Positions 28,521 through 41,857 of a stretch of DNA of 64,000 nt are shown here, piece after piece; the stretch's first letter is position 1; every line of letters starts with the position of its first letter. The stretch is taken from assembly GCF_006345805.1 (NCBI RefSeq), contig NC_042999.1, positions 141,794,001 to 141,858,000 on the forward strand. The letters run 5' to 3'. The notes under the pieces were generated by a model. It worked only from the letters and a program-made list of their open reading frames with translations, had not been told where the DNA came from and did no database searches. Source of the DNA: Octopus sinensis. Lineage: Eukaryota. The translations under genes were made by a program, and so were the position numbers.

Positions 28521-29639
28521 AACTTAAGTGGAAATTTTCTAACAGAAAGCTTCCTTGCAACAACGTGTTGATGAACTTAATTAATAGGGTTTTTTTTCCT
28601 TATAAAACCTGATAGTGTCACCATGATTCAGTCAACTTTTGCACAAACCTATCCTATTTGATGTCCACTTAAGTTATTTACACCAATAATGCTGGCCTTC
28701 ATTCCCCCTTTGTCGTCCATATGCAGCATAAACATTATCCACAAGGTCTGCATGTCTATCAAACTAACCAAAAGCTGGTCACTGCAATATGATTATTCAA
28801 TGGTACTAGACATTTAGGATTCATTCAATACAAAATATTTTTAGTTTTGCTCTACAATAATTTTGATTCTCCCTAAAGAGAGCATGACTCTAAAAACTGA
28901 ATGAACTAAAGTTTTTGCCCAGTCAGCTCTCATTGAATTATCTTATCAAAGAAAAATCCATATATTCTCTCTAGATTTTTCTTTATGTTGTCCTTTTAAT
29001 TTTCTTTTAGAATTCCATTCTGGTATGGTGGAGCATATAGTAAAGTACTAGTGATGAAAATTATCATTAAGAGTAGTAGTGGACAAAATACCTTGTATTC
29101 ATTTATGTTCAAATCACATCAAAGCTTCCTTTTCTTTTCATTCTTCCAGAGTCAAAAAAAATACCAGTCAAACATTGGAACTAGTGTGATTGAATATGTT
29201 TGCAGCCTTGATTCTGTTTTAGAAATAATTATAACTATTATTATTCACTTTTACATAGTTTCATGGACTGACTGAAAATTATTAAACACCAGTCGTGCAT
29301 GCTATATTGTAATCCCTGGGCATATAAAATTAAAATGAATTACTTGATCTTTGTGTGCTAACAGTTTTTCTCTGTGTATTCTTGTGCTAGGTTATATAGA
29401 AATGGTTATAATACCACACCTTCGTTAGCTAGGGAGCAAAAATAGTTTGTTTTTTTTTTCCTGTAAGGATAATCAGGAAGCAACAACTTCTCGAACGCCC
29501 CAATTATGTACCTGGCAGTAGGTGTAAAACAGAGTTAAATAAAGCAGATTCAACTCGGAAATTAAAATCAAGTCATGAAGTTTGTTTGCCAAAAACTTAC
29601 CACAGGACTAAATGTGCATGTACATGCACAACTCATGCA

Positions 29640-29692
<53 letters not shown>
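29640..29692. repeat. (TG)(TA)n microsatellite
   Basis: Visible run. Confidence 0.9.
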
Positions 29693-29693
<1 letters not shown>

Positions 29694-29995
29694 TTTTAAT
29701 TTGTTTCAGTTATTTGACTGTACCCATGCTAGAGCACCACTGTATCAACCAAACTGTCAGATGTTGTTATACACTGCTGAACACAATGTGCTCCCTTACA
29801 TTGTAACTTTGAATGATGCCATCGTGCTTGCTAGGTGGGCAGATCAACATTTCACCAGAACAGAATGCCAATCACAGGGTTACCTAATTGCAGTTGAATA
29901 GACTAGGCAACATGAAATCAAGTATTTTGCTCAAGACCACATTGCACTGCTGGTGTGGGAAAGATTGTGAATTCAACACCTTAACCACTAGGCCA
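29691..29995 (-). mobile_element. Degenerate tRNA-derived SINE
   Basis: Reverse strand begins ggcctagtggttaaggtgttg; its end matches the 57398-family tail. Confidence 0.55.
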
Positions 29996-30425
29996 AGCAC
30001 CTTTACTATGTTTGTGCGTTTGCATGCACAAGCATACCCATCTGGATAGAGGCATGGTGAAGTGATTAGAAGTTTACTCTGTATTCATAGCAACCCAATT
30101 TGGCAACATTGGCAAGTGCATTTTCCATAAGCTTTGGTCAGCATAAGCCTTGTGAGTGAAACTGGGTTCACAGAAACTTTGTGGAAGCCCACTGGATGGA
30201 TTGCATTTGTAATTCCAAAAGTCCAGACTTGCCACATTTTGTTTCCTACTGATTCTGCCTGAGAATTACACATTCATAGAATATTCAGTCACTTTATCTT
30301 GATTAAACCATTTATTTACACTTATGTAAAAAACAATGTATTCTGTTTGTGAATTAAAATTGGTTGCTCTGCTGTTGCATATTTATTGCATTCTTTCATT
30401 TAATTTATTCTTTCCTTTATTTCAG

Positions 30426-30586
30426 TGGTTGGTAATAAAGTGGATCTTTCTACTCGAACAGTAGACACAAAGCAGGCAAAGCAAATGGCTGAAAGTTATG
30501 GAATCCCTTATGTTGAGACCTCAGCCAAGACACGACAAGGTGTTGATGAAGCATTTTATACACTAGTTAGAGAAATAAGAAAATAT
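30426..30586 (+). CDS. Ras: Ras exon 5 (LVGNKVDL...[24 protein letters not shown], residues 113-166)
   Basis: ctttatttcag acceptor, TAT|gtaagt donor. NKxD (G4) and SAK (G5) motifs. Confidence 0.97.
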
Positions 30587-31354
30587 GTAAGTACTATTGT
30601 GGCTGATTTATTACTGTTTAGAATTACTGGGGTTGATGATGAACTAACCCCTTCCCTTTAAAATTTCAGTCTTTGTGTTTATGTTACAAACTGTTATTAA
30701 AGCAGTGGTTAAGATCAGAGGTAGTAATGGTTTATACAGGAGATAAATGCTTGGTGATTGTCATAGTCCTTAATCTTGACTTATGTTTCATCATCAAAAA
30801 CTTTTGCTCACAAGTGTTAGTTAAACCAAAGAAAACAAGGTATTTTTAAACAAAATCCTTTAGGTTTGGAATTTTTTCTTCACTGAAAGCAACATGAAAT
30901 TTCATGATCAGAATTAACTTTAAAAAACAAATCAGAATGCTGCATATCACTTTGAAGATAATTTGTTCAGTTTGAGGCTTGGCTGTAGTTTCATCAGCAA
31001 CAAACGTGGAGTTGATACCAAACTTAGTTCACTTTGTAACATTTTGGGACAATTCAGCATGATGATCCATTAACTTGAAATTGTAATTGCTTAACTTTTT
31101 CACTATAAAGTTTTAAAATGAATAAATTGCCCCTTTTCCCTTTCTCAGGAAAATGTAGTTAGTTCATAAATGCCTTTATGCTTTTAAACATGTCATATGT
31201 TAAGGTGTTTTTCCCTTGCAAGTTTGTGATCAAATTCATTGAAATGTGTGAGTAATTTGACGGCAAATACAAAATCTGATATCCAGTTTTTATTATACAG
31301 TTTTAGAAAGTTTTAAAAAAAATGTTTTATATCAATTTTCAAATTCCTTATTTA

Positions 31355-33470
31355 CAGAGGTATCAAGCTGTTGGATCAGGTGATGAAGGTTACGGAGAGG
31401 GTCATAGCCCAACTAATTAGAGAGAGAGTTAGTTTAGATGAGATGCAGTTTAGGTTTGTGCCAGGGAAAAGTACTACTGATGCTATATTCCTGGTAAGGC
31501 AGCTGCAGGAGAAATACCTAGCCAAAGATAAGCCCCTGTACCTGGCTTTTGTTGACATGGAGAAAGCCTTCGACAGGGTCCCCCGATCCCTTATCTGGTG
31601 GGCAATGAGGAAACTAGGGATAGATGAATGGTTAGTGAGAGCTGTGCGGGCCATGTATAGAGACGCTGCTAGTAGGGTGAGGGTTGGAAACGAGTACAGT
31701 GAAGAATTCCATGTAGAGGTAGGGGTCCACCAAGGCTCAGTACTCAGCCCCCTCCTATTTATCATAGTCCTCCAGGCAATAACGGAGGAATTCAAGACAG
31801 GATGCCCTTGGGAGCTCCTCTATGCTGATGACTTTGCTCTAATTGCTGAGTCGCTATCAGAACTGGAGAAGTTTCAGGTGTGGAAACAAGGATTAGAATC
31901 GAAGGGCCTCAGAGTCAATCTAGCTAAAACCAAAGTCGTAATCAGTAGGAAGGTAGACAAATCACAAACGCCTTCAGGTAGATGGCCCTGCTCGATCTGT
32001 AGAAAAGATGTAGGTAGAAACTCTATAAGATGCACCAAGTGTAAGCTATGGACACATAAGAGGTGCAGCAATGTCAAAGGAAGGCTAACTAGGAAGATGG
32101 TTTTTGTATGTGGCAGATGCTCAGGAACAATAAATACTGAAAATGCTCTGAGACCAACTTCCGTCACTTTCCAGGGAGAAAAACTAGAAATAGTTGATAG
32201 TTTCCGTTACCTAGGTGACCAAGTCAGTAGCGGGAGCAGGTGTGCTGAAAGTGTAACTGCTAGAGTAAGAATAGCTTGGGCAAAGTTCAGAGAGCTCTTA
32301 CCTCTGCTGGTGACAAAAGGCCTCTCGCACAGAGTGAAAGGCAGACTGTATGATGCGTGTGTACGAACAGCCATGCTACATGGCAGTGAAACATGGGCCG
32401 TGACTGCTGAGGATATGTGTAAGCTCGCAAGAAATGAAGCCAGTATGCTCCGATGGATGTGTAATGTCAGTGTTCATAATCGACAGAGTGTAAGTACCTT
32501 GAGAGAAAAGCTGAACCTAAGAAGCATCAGTTGTGGTGTGCAAGAGAGACGATTGCGCTGGTATGGTCAATTGGCGAGAATGGATGAAGATAGTTGTGTG
32601 AAAAAGTGCCACACCCTAGCGGTTGAGGGAACCTGTGGAAGAGGCAGACCCAGGAAAACCTGGGACGAGGTGGTGAAGCACGACCTTCGAACTTTAGGTC
32701 TCACTGAGGAAATGACTAGAGACCGAGTCCTCTGGAAGTGTGCTGTGCGCGAGAAGACCCGGCAGGACAAGTGAGTCCATAACCCGTGGCCTTCTACTTG
32801 GGATGGAGCCAGCCTACGTATGCATCCTTCCCTTCTTGGGACACAAAACTCTACTTGTGAAGACCTGTTGAGGCAAGTGAGGATCAGAATCGAAATCGAT
32901 CAATGGAAATTGCAGATGTGTTACCAGTGCCAGTGGCATGTCGAAACTCTACTTGTGAAGACCCGTTGAGGCAAGTGAGGATCAGAATGGAAATCGATCA
33001 ATGGAAATTGCAGATGTGTTACCAGTGCCGGTGGCATGTCGAAACTCTACTTGTGTAGACCCGTTGAGGCAAGTGAGGATCAGAATGGAAATCGATCAAT
33101 GGAAATTGCAGATGTGTTACCAGTGCCGGTGGCATGTAAGAGAACCTTCCGTTTCGCGACCGTTGCCAGCACCGCCCCGTTTCGTGTCCGTTGCCAGCCT
33201 CGCCTGGCCCTTGTGCCGGTGGCACATAAAAAGCACCATCCGTTCGTGGCCGTTTGCCAGCTCTGTCTGGCACCTGTGCGGGTGGCACGTAAAAAGCACC
33301 CACTACACTCACGGAGTGGTTGGCGTTAGGAAGGGCATCCAGCTGTAGAAACACTGCCAGATTTGACTGGGCCTGATGAAGCCTTCTGGCTTCACAGACC
33401 CCAGTAGAACCGTCCAACCCATGCTAGCATGGAAAACGGACGCTAAACGACGACGATGATGATGATGATG
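31355..33470 (+). mobile_element. 5'-truncated RTE-clade LINE in Ras intron 5, with an open 467-codon RT ORF (31371-32774) and (GAT)n tail
   Basis: YRGIKLL start, AFVDMEKAFDRVPR, GVHQGSVLSPLLF, LYADD, HGSETW, RGRPRKTW; 3' UTR ends ctaaacgacgacgatgatgatg. No endonuclease domain. Confidence 0.95.
32846..33137 (+). repeat. Three tandem near-identical 98-bp units in the RTE 3' UTR
   Basis: Units start at 32846, 32944 and 33042 (aaactctacttgtg...gtggcatgtcg); the third is 96 bp. Confidence 0.92.
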
Positions 33471-34132
33471 AATTGCAATCTTGATCTAAATGTAACCAGC
33501 ATACACTTGTGTTGTAGGAGACATCATTGTTCTACTTGCTGTTCTTACAAAATATTCACAAACTACTTATGATTTAAGCCATGCTCTCTAATGTAATTTA
33601 CAATACCTGTTACTGTGTCTCCTCCATGATTAAGCTTCAAAGTTTTTCTGCATTGGGGCTCTTGATGTATGAAGTAGTGCAAAAAGACGATCCCTTCAGT
33701 ATTAATTTCATTAACCTGATTTTGGATTCCTTTTGGTTGCTTTCTATTTGTCCCAGTAAGACTTGAGAATTCATCTGTTGTTACATTTATTAGTTTTTCC
33801 CATTTTAAGCCTCATTTGTTTACACACCGTTCAACTTCTCCAAGCAAGTCTTTTGCCATTGTTGTACTTCATTAAATAGATGCTCACTCTTAGAAGTAAA
33901 GACACATCATCACTTACAATCTTTCATTTAATTTTAAAATAATTATAAAAGCTACAATCATAATGTGCAATTCATTTAAATAATTAGTATACAAATCCCA
34001 AACAGCACATTGTAAAATTAGAAATGCTAAACCTGACAAGTCTGTGGATGAGAGTACACTTGGTTGGTTTCAGTGTTCCAAAGTGCAAAATGCTTTGATT
34101 TAACACAATCACTTATTTAATCTTCTCTACAG

Positions 34133-34165
34133 ACTATATATCAATTGGAAAGAAACAAAGAAAAG
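34133..34165 (+). CDS. Candidate in-frame cassette exon in the Ras hypervariable region (TIYQLERNKEK)
   Basis: Good acceptor ttaatcttctctacag. Donors AAG|gttgta (33 nt) or GTT|gtatgt (36 nt) both keep phase 0. No homology support. Confidence 0.3.
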
Positions 34166-34397
34166 GTTGTATGTGTGTGAAGATGTTGGAAGGGTATATC
34201 TATAAATATTAAAAATTCTTGGGTTCACCTTTGATTTGAAAGCTCCCTCACAGCAGTACCATCGCACATTAAATTGTATTAGGATCATTGATGCCTTTCA
34301 TTTCCATTTAAACAATTACCAGAAATTTGTAGATTTGTTTCGATTTAAGAAATTGGTGTAATTTATTTAACTAATTCTGTCTTCTTTAATCTTTCAG

Positions 34398-34457
34398 AAA
34401 GAGAAGAAAGGCAAGAACAAAAAGAAGCGACGCCGATTTCCCTGTGTCCTTTTGTGA
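34398..34457 (+). CDS. Ras: Ras terminal exon: polybasic hypervariable region plus CAAX (KEKKGKNKKKRRRFPCVLL*)
   Basis: ttaatctttcag acceptor, phase 0. Lys/Arg run, then CVLL-TGA. Gives a 185-aa protein if exon 1 encodes the usual 36 residues. Confidence 0.92.
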   Translation, partial: KEKKGKNKKKRRRFPCVLL

Positions 34458-34863
34458 GGTTTTTTTTTTCCCAGACATTTCAGTCAGTGACAGTTGACTT
34501 GGCAAACTTTACTGTTTCCTCTTTATCTTGATGGAGAAATTTACTTAAATTTTGGGGTCTTTCTTATTTTTGTACTCTATGGATCAATGTCCCATTGCAA
34601 TTTTGAAGAATGTAGTTAACACCCATGTCATGTCTTCTACAAATTGTTTTGAATTAGGTTAGCAATTAAGCTCCTTCAATTCTGTCATTTCATTAAACCC
34701 GTGATTATCTTTTCTTTTTTTTTTTTTTTATTACCAAGTGCTGTCCTAATTTTCATTGGGTTTAAATAATTTTTTTGTTGATTCAATTCTTATTAATTTG
34801 TTTTTCCTGTAAAGGTACACAAATGCTCTTTTGTTTTTATAGGGTTTAAATTTTGTCCTTATT

Positions 34864-35065
34864 TGTGTGTGTGTGTGTGTGTGTGTGCGTGTATATAATT
34901 ATATATATATACATGTATGTATGTCTATATATATGTATGTACATGTAAGCATATGTGTAAGAATATATATATGTATGTATGCATATATGTGTAAGAATAA
35001 ATATATAATATATATATGAATATATAATATATATATGAATATATATATATATATATGAATATATA

Positions 35066-35099
<34 letters not shown>

Positions 35100-35100
35100 T
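34864..35100. repeat. Compound (TG)/(TA) microsatellite, probably in the Ras 3' UTR
   Basis: Visible run downstream of the Ras stop codon. Confidence 0.85.
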
Positions 35101-38100
35101 ATGACTGTGGGAAGGAATGAAGTCAAGCTATATTGTTTTTATCATCAGATTCTTATTTTTCTCCTTTTTCAATAAATAGAGCAGTAAACAAGAATGCATA
35201 TAACAGACATTATATATAACATGCATTTGTTTGGTTTCAGTCTAACATCACACACACACACACACACACACATGCACATTTACTATTGCTCTCTCAGTTT
35301 GTAGTTTCTTCTACTCCTGTCTTTATTTCTAATTTATTCCTTGCTGGCCAACTTGTGTTGAATCTTCTGTCTCTTATGTGACTATGTTGTACTCTTTCTT
35401 TCTTTTTTTTTTTCATCAGTAAGTTGTATTTCTGTGTAAAAACAGTTATGTACGTGCACATGTCTCCCTTATAAATTCGTATGTTCCTGGCCAAATTGTG
35501 CAAAATAGAAAAAAAAAACAAAAAAACTTCTGTATTTTTCTTTCCTAAGATGTTCTCACATATATTTGCATGTTCAGCTTTTTTATAGCTTTCATTTAAT
35601 AAATTATTTTCCTAAGCAACCCCTTCCCCTTTTTTCATCTTTGCTATAAAAAAATTCTGAATAAATAAAAAAAAAAAAATATTTGAAAAGAAGGATTTAT
35701 AAACCTCTTAAATAACCTACTTTAAAGAGGAGACATTTTTCTCTTTGATATTTTCTGCTGCATTTGTTCAACTTGAACAAATTATTTTATGTGAAGAATT
35801 TCTGTTCTCTCTATCACTATCTACTGTACCTTTTAATGTTTTTTAGGGTGTTATTAGGCAGCTAAACAGCTGTGGTTTGATCCACAGGCAGCATCATTTG
35901 TCACTGGCCTCCCCATTCCACATCCCCAAATTGTTGGAGTTGTACAACTATATTGATGCCATAAAACTCGCTCATTTGAGTGAATGACTTGAGCTTTAGA
36001 TACCTCAAACTAAGGCTGGCACAAACCTACCATGAGACTTCCTAGGAAGAAATAGGATTGTCCTCATTTGATGAATGGAATTTCAAATTGAAATATAAAA
36101 TATACTTCAAAAAAACAAAAGTCATTAGGTAATTGTGAAACTATTGTAGCAGCTGTGCCACATGAATACACGCACATATAATTGATACTCAGGTGGTATG
36201 CAAAAACTTAACAATTTCTGAAGGCCGTGTACTCCAGACAGCTTTAGAGGGCTCTGAGATGAATGTTTCTTTTATTTCAATCTTTGTCTGTAGAATTGTA
36301 ATCAAAGCTGAAGTGGGTGGTTGAAATGTTTGCTGCTTAGAGAGTGGAGATCTGCAAATCACGGTTAAACAAATGGAAAGCAGGACAATTAGGAAACTTT
36401 TGAAACTAACAAAATTATATTTAATGGCTTGAAAATTTTTTTTCATTTTATGATAAATTTAGATATCTTTTATTCCTTTTCAACTAAATATTATATTGTT
36501 ATGCTTTCTTCCTTTTCGTAAATTCTATAAATTCTAATCCCTCTCACCTGCCACTCTCTTTATTTTTTCTTTTTCTCTTTTTTTTTTTTATTTTGTTTTT
36601 GGCTCTTTCCAGTTTCTGTTGGTCAAAAATTCCCACCTTTACCAGAGCCCTTTTTATGTTTGGAGTTTATTTTTAACCAATACTTTATTTTTAGATCGTG
36701 TTTTATATTAATGTGTGAGGGTGTTTTAGTGTACGCCTATATACACTTTCATTTGTATTTGAACACAATGTCCTGTAAACTTTGTCTTAGCCTACTTCCT
36801 TCAGTTTCTGCTGCTACTGCTTGCTTCCCAAATTTTGCTGCTGACAGAAGAATGAAGAAAGTTGTTGCTGATCTGTGGCAATTTCTAAAATAACCCCCCT
36901 CTAATGTACGTCCCATAAACTGTAATAAAGTATCTTGAAAAAAAAAGAAACAAAAATTTTTGTCACTTGTTATATTTTCCATTTTCAAAATATTTTATGC
37001 TAACATGAGATTTATTTTCATAGAATAATTTTATTGATAAAATTGCTGTAAGATTTAGATTGCCAAGATTTCCTGAGCACTCAGTCTGCATTAGAACCTC
37101 CTTTGGTAACTATAATGACTAAAAAGAAAGACATTTTTGAAGATTTACAATTGGATGTCTGAAAATTAGTAGCTGATCCAGTTGATGGTCCATTTCAAAA
37201 AACACTAGTTCTGCACTGCATCTCAAAGCTGCTCAACAATCCCTATGCTATTTAATTTAATTAGTCACCACACAGATTATGCACTGCCATAAGAAGCACA
37301 ACCACTGTATAATTGTGTTCACAAAGTGTGAAGTTTCCAATCTTTCTCTGAGTAAAACAACATCACTACTTTTTGCAAGGTAGTCAAAAGAAAAATAGTT
37401 GCAATGATTTTTTTTTTTAGTCCTCTCAGACTGATATAAAAAATGCAGTTACTGCTCAGAATTTTATAAAAAGAAAAAATCTGAGTGGGGGATTAAGTGT
37501 AGTAGTATAGTAGGAATGAAAAGTTAAAGATGGTGGCCCTGAGTTGAGAATGGTATACAGATTGCTAGTTATGAAAAATGGTCCATTGTAGTAGAAACAA
37601 AACAGCATTTTTTAGTGAGTTTTTGTTAGTCAGCCAAATTGGTTTTTTTAATATGGTCTTGGGTATTTTTGTATGTGTGTATTGCAGCATCCTCATATTG
37701 GATTTTTGAACAGTACTCTAGTGTGTTGCTTTGAGCCTTTTAAAAGATGAGTTCTCTGGAAAGTTTGTGACAGCATTAATGTAAAACATTCCTATGGAAC
37801 ATATTTCTGCTCATTAAAAGAAATAAATTGTTATGGAAAGGTAAAATAGTGGGTTTAACACTTTAGAAGCAAAGCCTACCAATGATTCTGCCCAAAAGAA
37901 TTTCGAACTATTTTTGCAAAATACAAAAAGAATGGGTTACTTAATATTCTGAAAGGTTGGCAGGTAGCACACTAAAAAACATTTTACATAATGCCTGGCA
38001 TGTTTAGTCCCTTCAAATTCTGAACTCAATTCTTGTCAAGTGTCAACTTTGCCAGTCATCTGTCTGTGGTTTAATTACAATTTCAATATTAGTGTTGATT

Positions 38101-38394
38101 TAAATCAGCCATCCCTACCCCCACAAAGATAAATAAGAATGAAAACATTGTCTTGTGTTGGAAATTTATATTTTTTCTTTATTTACAGAATTTTAACTCT
38201 ACAGGCATTATAAAGTATGTTCCTTAAGAGATTGTCTCTTCATTTTCACACGAAAAACATGCTGATATATTAGCTCAGTTGTTTTATAAATGTTAAGACC
38301 AATAAGGATAAGAGATGGCTTAAACATTGGAGAGCAGAGATGAATGAGGCTTTATAGTGTTTGGTTTGACACTTTGTTGGTTAAGTTTAACTCA

Positions 38395-38555
38395 TCATCA
38401 TCAATGTCCATTTTCCATGTTGGTAGAAGCTGGACAAGCTGGCAAGATCAGGGGCCACACTACGTTCCATAGTCTGTTTTGGCTTGGTTTCTACAGCCGG
38501 ATGTCCTTACTTTATAGAGTGTACTGGGTGCTTTTTATGTGGTGCCAGTGCCAAC
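38395..38555 (-). mobile_element. RTE 3'-end fragment
   Basis: tcatcatcatcaatgtccattttccatg plus reverse-complement tail motifs. Confidence 0.7.
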
Positions 38556-39516
38556 ACTAATGTTAAAGTTCACAAAATAAATCCCATTTCCTTGGATTAA
38601 ACCCAAAAAAGGAAAAGGTTGTTGCTGGACCAGAATTAGACATAAGTTACACCAAAATTTCTAGAACTTTTCTTTTATTACTTGTAATATAATTTAAGTA
38701 ATGATTTGACACTATTAGGAAAGGTGGCCATTATTTTCACAAAGATTTAGGATTCATTTGTTAGTTCATTTTATGTCCATGCTAGCATGTGTTGAACAAC
38801 TACATACTACTGAGGTGTTCTACAGCCAGATACCCTTCCTCTTGCTAACCTCACTTTTTTTTTCCTCCAAGTAAGGCATAAATTTGCTCTACTTATCTTT
38901 GAAGGTACAGGGCTAGAGAACAATTTATGTGTGTATAATATATACACGCACACATCATAACATATATAAATATGAAAAATGGAACACTGTCCTTTGCAAT
39001 CTTTCAAACAAGAAAAAAATTTGATAAGGAACAATTTGCTAAGAGAATGAAAGTTTGACAGCATTTTGTATACAAGTCTAGCACAATCTATCACTGAGGC
39101 ATATGAGAGGAGCCATGGAGGCTTTCCTTATGCTATCTAAGCCCTGGTGGATATTTTAAGTGAAATCTTCACTGAGAGGGGAGCATATGGCAGTTTATGT
39201 CATCTTTAAAACCGAGGTTGGAGCTAAACTACAAGCCTAAACTATATGATACATCTGTGCATAAGCTGGTTTTGACATTAATTGGAAAGAAAGAACTCCA
39301 AGGTTACCATCAGGTGACAATGTTGACCAGCTCTTGTTACCCAGCTTGTGGTGACTTTCTTGCTACAGTACAGGGAGGTACAGGTACAACTTAAATGTGT
39401 TTGGGTGAGATCATAGACATGACTGAGCAAAACTACCAGAACTAGATCCTATAGAAGGTGCTGAAAGGAAGACCTTAAAATTCAACATCCAATGTTGTCT
39501 AACACAGCTACTACTG

Positions 39517-39988
39517 ATCATCATCATCATCATCATTTAGTGTCCACTTTCTATGCTGGCATGGGTTAGATGGTTTGACTGGAACTGGAAAGCTGAAGTG
39601 CTGTACCTGGTGCTAGTCTGATTTTTGGCTATGTTTCTACAGCTGGATGCCCTTCCTAATGCCAATGACTCCAAGAGTGTAGTGGGTGCCTTTAACATGT
39701 GACTGACACAGGTGCTTTTATGTTCACCAACGGGTGCTTTTGCACATCACTGACACTGGCCACAACTACAATTTCACTTGACAAGTCTTCTCAAGCACAG
39801 AAAATCACCAAAGGTCTCGGTCACTTGTCATTGCCTCCATGAGACCCAACATTTGAAGATGGTGTTCCACCTTGTCCCATGTCTTCTTGGGTCTACCTCT
39901 TCCACAGGTTCCTTCCACAGTTAGAGATCAGCATTTCTTTATGCAGCTGTCCTTGTTCATGTGCATCACATGACCATACCAGTTTGGT
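39517..39988 (-). mobile_element. RTE LINE 3' fragment, antisense
   Basis: (ATC)n followed by the reverse complement of the family 3' end and RT C-terminus (gtcccatgtcttcttgggtctacctct). Confidence 0.85.
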
Positions 39989-41857
39989 CATCAAACAAAA
40001 TCTGCATAGAAAACCTGAAAGAACAAAAGTAACAAAAATAAATCATAGAGGTTGCTGGTTTTAAAGTGAAACTAGGTACCACTTGTGAATTGACAAATAA
40101 AATTACCTCATCCTCATTGTCAGGAGCAAATCATGAGACCCAAGAACCACCTTCCTCAGTTACAACCAGTAAAGACTAGGATGTCAGCCATAACTAAACT
40201 AAATGACCAGAGATTACTATTTCAACAGTACCAAGCAAAATTCTTCAAAAAAGTTTTTGAAATTAAGAGGCTATAAAAAAAGGATGAAGTAAGTATACAA
40301 CTGTGAAGAGGAGACATTTTACAATGAGGAAGAACTAACTCATGACCTATGAACAAGAATCAATATCCTGTCAGGAGAAGCCAGTCTTTCCTAGAGTGAA
40401 ATGAAATTGACAGTTCTTTGCAAGACAAACAGATCTCTAATAACACCTGCAATATACTCAAGGAATGCCTAGATGAAGTATAGCTCAAGAAAAAGAATTA
40501 CATCTTAATTAAACTTCTTATTCAGTCTCTGATGATCTTTCTTAGTGACCTTGTAACATAAATAAAGCTGCTCTGAATGCTTAGCCTTTCTCTTCAGCAT
40601 TGATCAATTGCTGACTCTTTACAAAGCTCAAATAAAACCTACAATAGATTACAACATGTACAATGTTGCTATTACACATATAAAAGTTCAAGATATAACA
40701 AAAAGATTATCTAACTGATTGGGCAACACACCACAACTTCTTACCCTCAGATGTTCTGTCTCTGGTCTACCTGTTGTATTAATACAATGGCCTCTGAAAC
40801 TCTCTCCTACCAAGGTTTCGGTTACAACCCATTTTCCTGACTAAGCCATAAAAAATCTATGCACCAGACTACTACTACTACCACCACTCAACTAAGGAAA
40901 GAAAATTATTGTGGTTCAGTGCCAAATTAACTCGGAAATTGTTAAGTGGTTTGCAGTACAAAGATTGAATTCTTTCACATGAGAATATAATTGTCTATTA
41001 TATTACAGCTTCTTCAAGAGTCACTACTGTATTGACATTTATTTGAGAAAACCACATTTAAATTTGCCCCATTATAATGTTAGCCATTCATACCACATTG
41101 TTTCAGTACCAACAGTTCACCACTGACAGTAAATGGTAGATAAAGTGAAAGAAAATAAATAAAACACTAATAAATAAGAGTGACCAAAGAAACACAGATA
41201 CAACTTTGCTGTAGAAAATTATAGAGCAGTGCACAGAGTATGAAATTAAACTCTAAAATTTATTTTAGATCGAGGCTAAATATACATATTTTTATATAGA
41301 ATTAACAATTTTGTAGATACGTATACTCAAAATGTTATCCAGTCAAAAGTTTCTCATAATATATCATGATTATGTAATACTGGGCATTATAAGCACTTAT
41401 TTGAGACTGCAAAATGATATAGATCCTCTGGCTAAATTCAAATAACAGTTAACAGTATAATGGTTGAGTTGGACTAAACACAAGATTTTTTATTTAAAAG
41501 GTAAAGTGAAATAGTCAATAACTGTTGTTCCAGTTGATAACTCATGTGCAAAATGCATACAATGGTGAGAATCTCTTAAATAACTGAATTTGCAAGCAAG
41601 TTCAATTCCTAGCTCAGCATTTTCATTTCATTTCCATGCACATGTAATTTCCATTTGTTAACACCATGTGGGTGAATGTGCTTTAGTTATTTGTTCCTGA
41701 CATTCTTCATGAAGATGAACTCTTTGTCAGTAGGTACAAGATGATTTTTCATTACAACTTATCTTATTGCTCCCAAAGAGTCTGAGATTTAAATTGGTTT
41801 ACCTTGAGATATTAAATATTAACTTCAATAAGCAATATGCTCACTGAAAGTGTCAGG

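Noticed and set aside
30587-30661. Intron-retained Ras C-terminus (VSTIVADLL...TPSL*)
   Set aside because: Simple read-through of a strong gtaagt donor; no CAAX and no supporting signal.
31358-32774. Ras-reverse transcriptase fusion through the acceptor-like ttatttacag at the RTE 5' end
   Set aside because: Phase-0 splicing to 31358 gives RYQAVGSGDEGYGEGHSPTN* and to 31360 gives an early TGA; neither enters the RT frame.
32846-33137. CRISPR-like array
   Set aside because: Head-to-tail units with no unique spacers, inside a eukaryotic LINE UTR.
40000-40850. Possible very old LINE RT remnant
   Set aside because: Only faint motif echoes; I could not support a family call.
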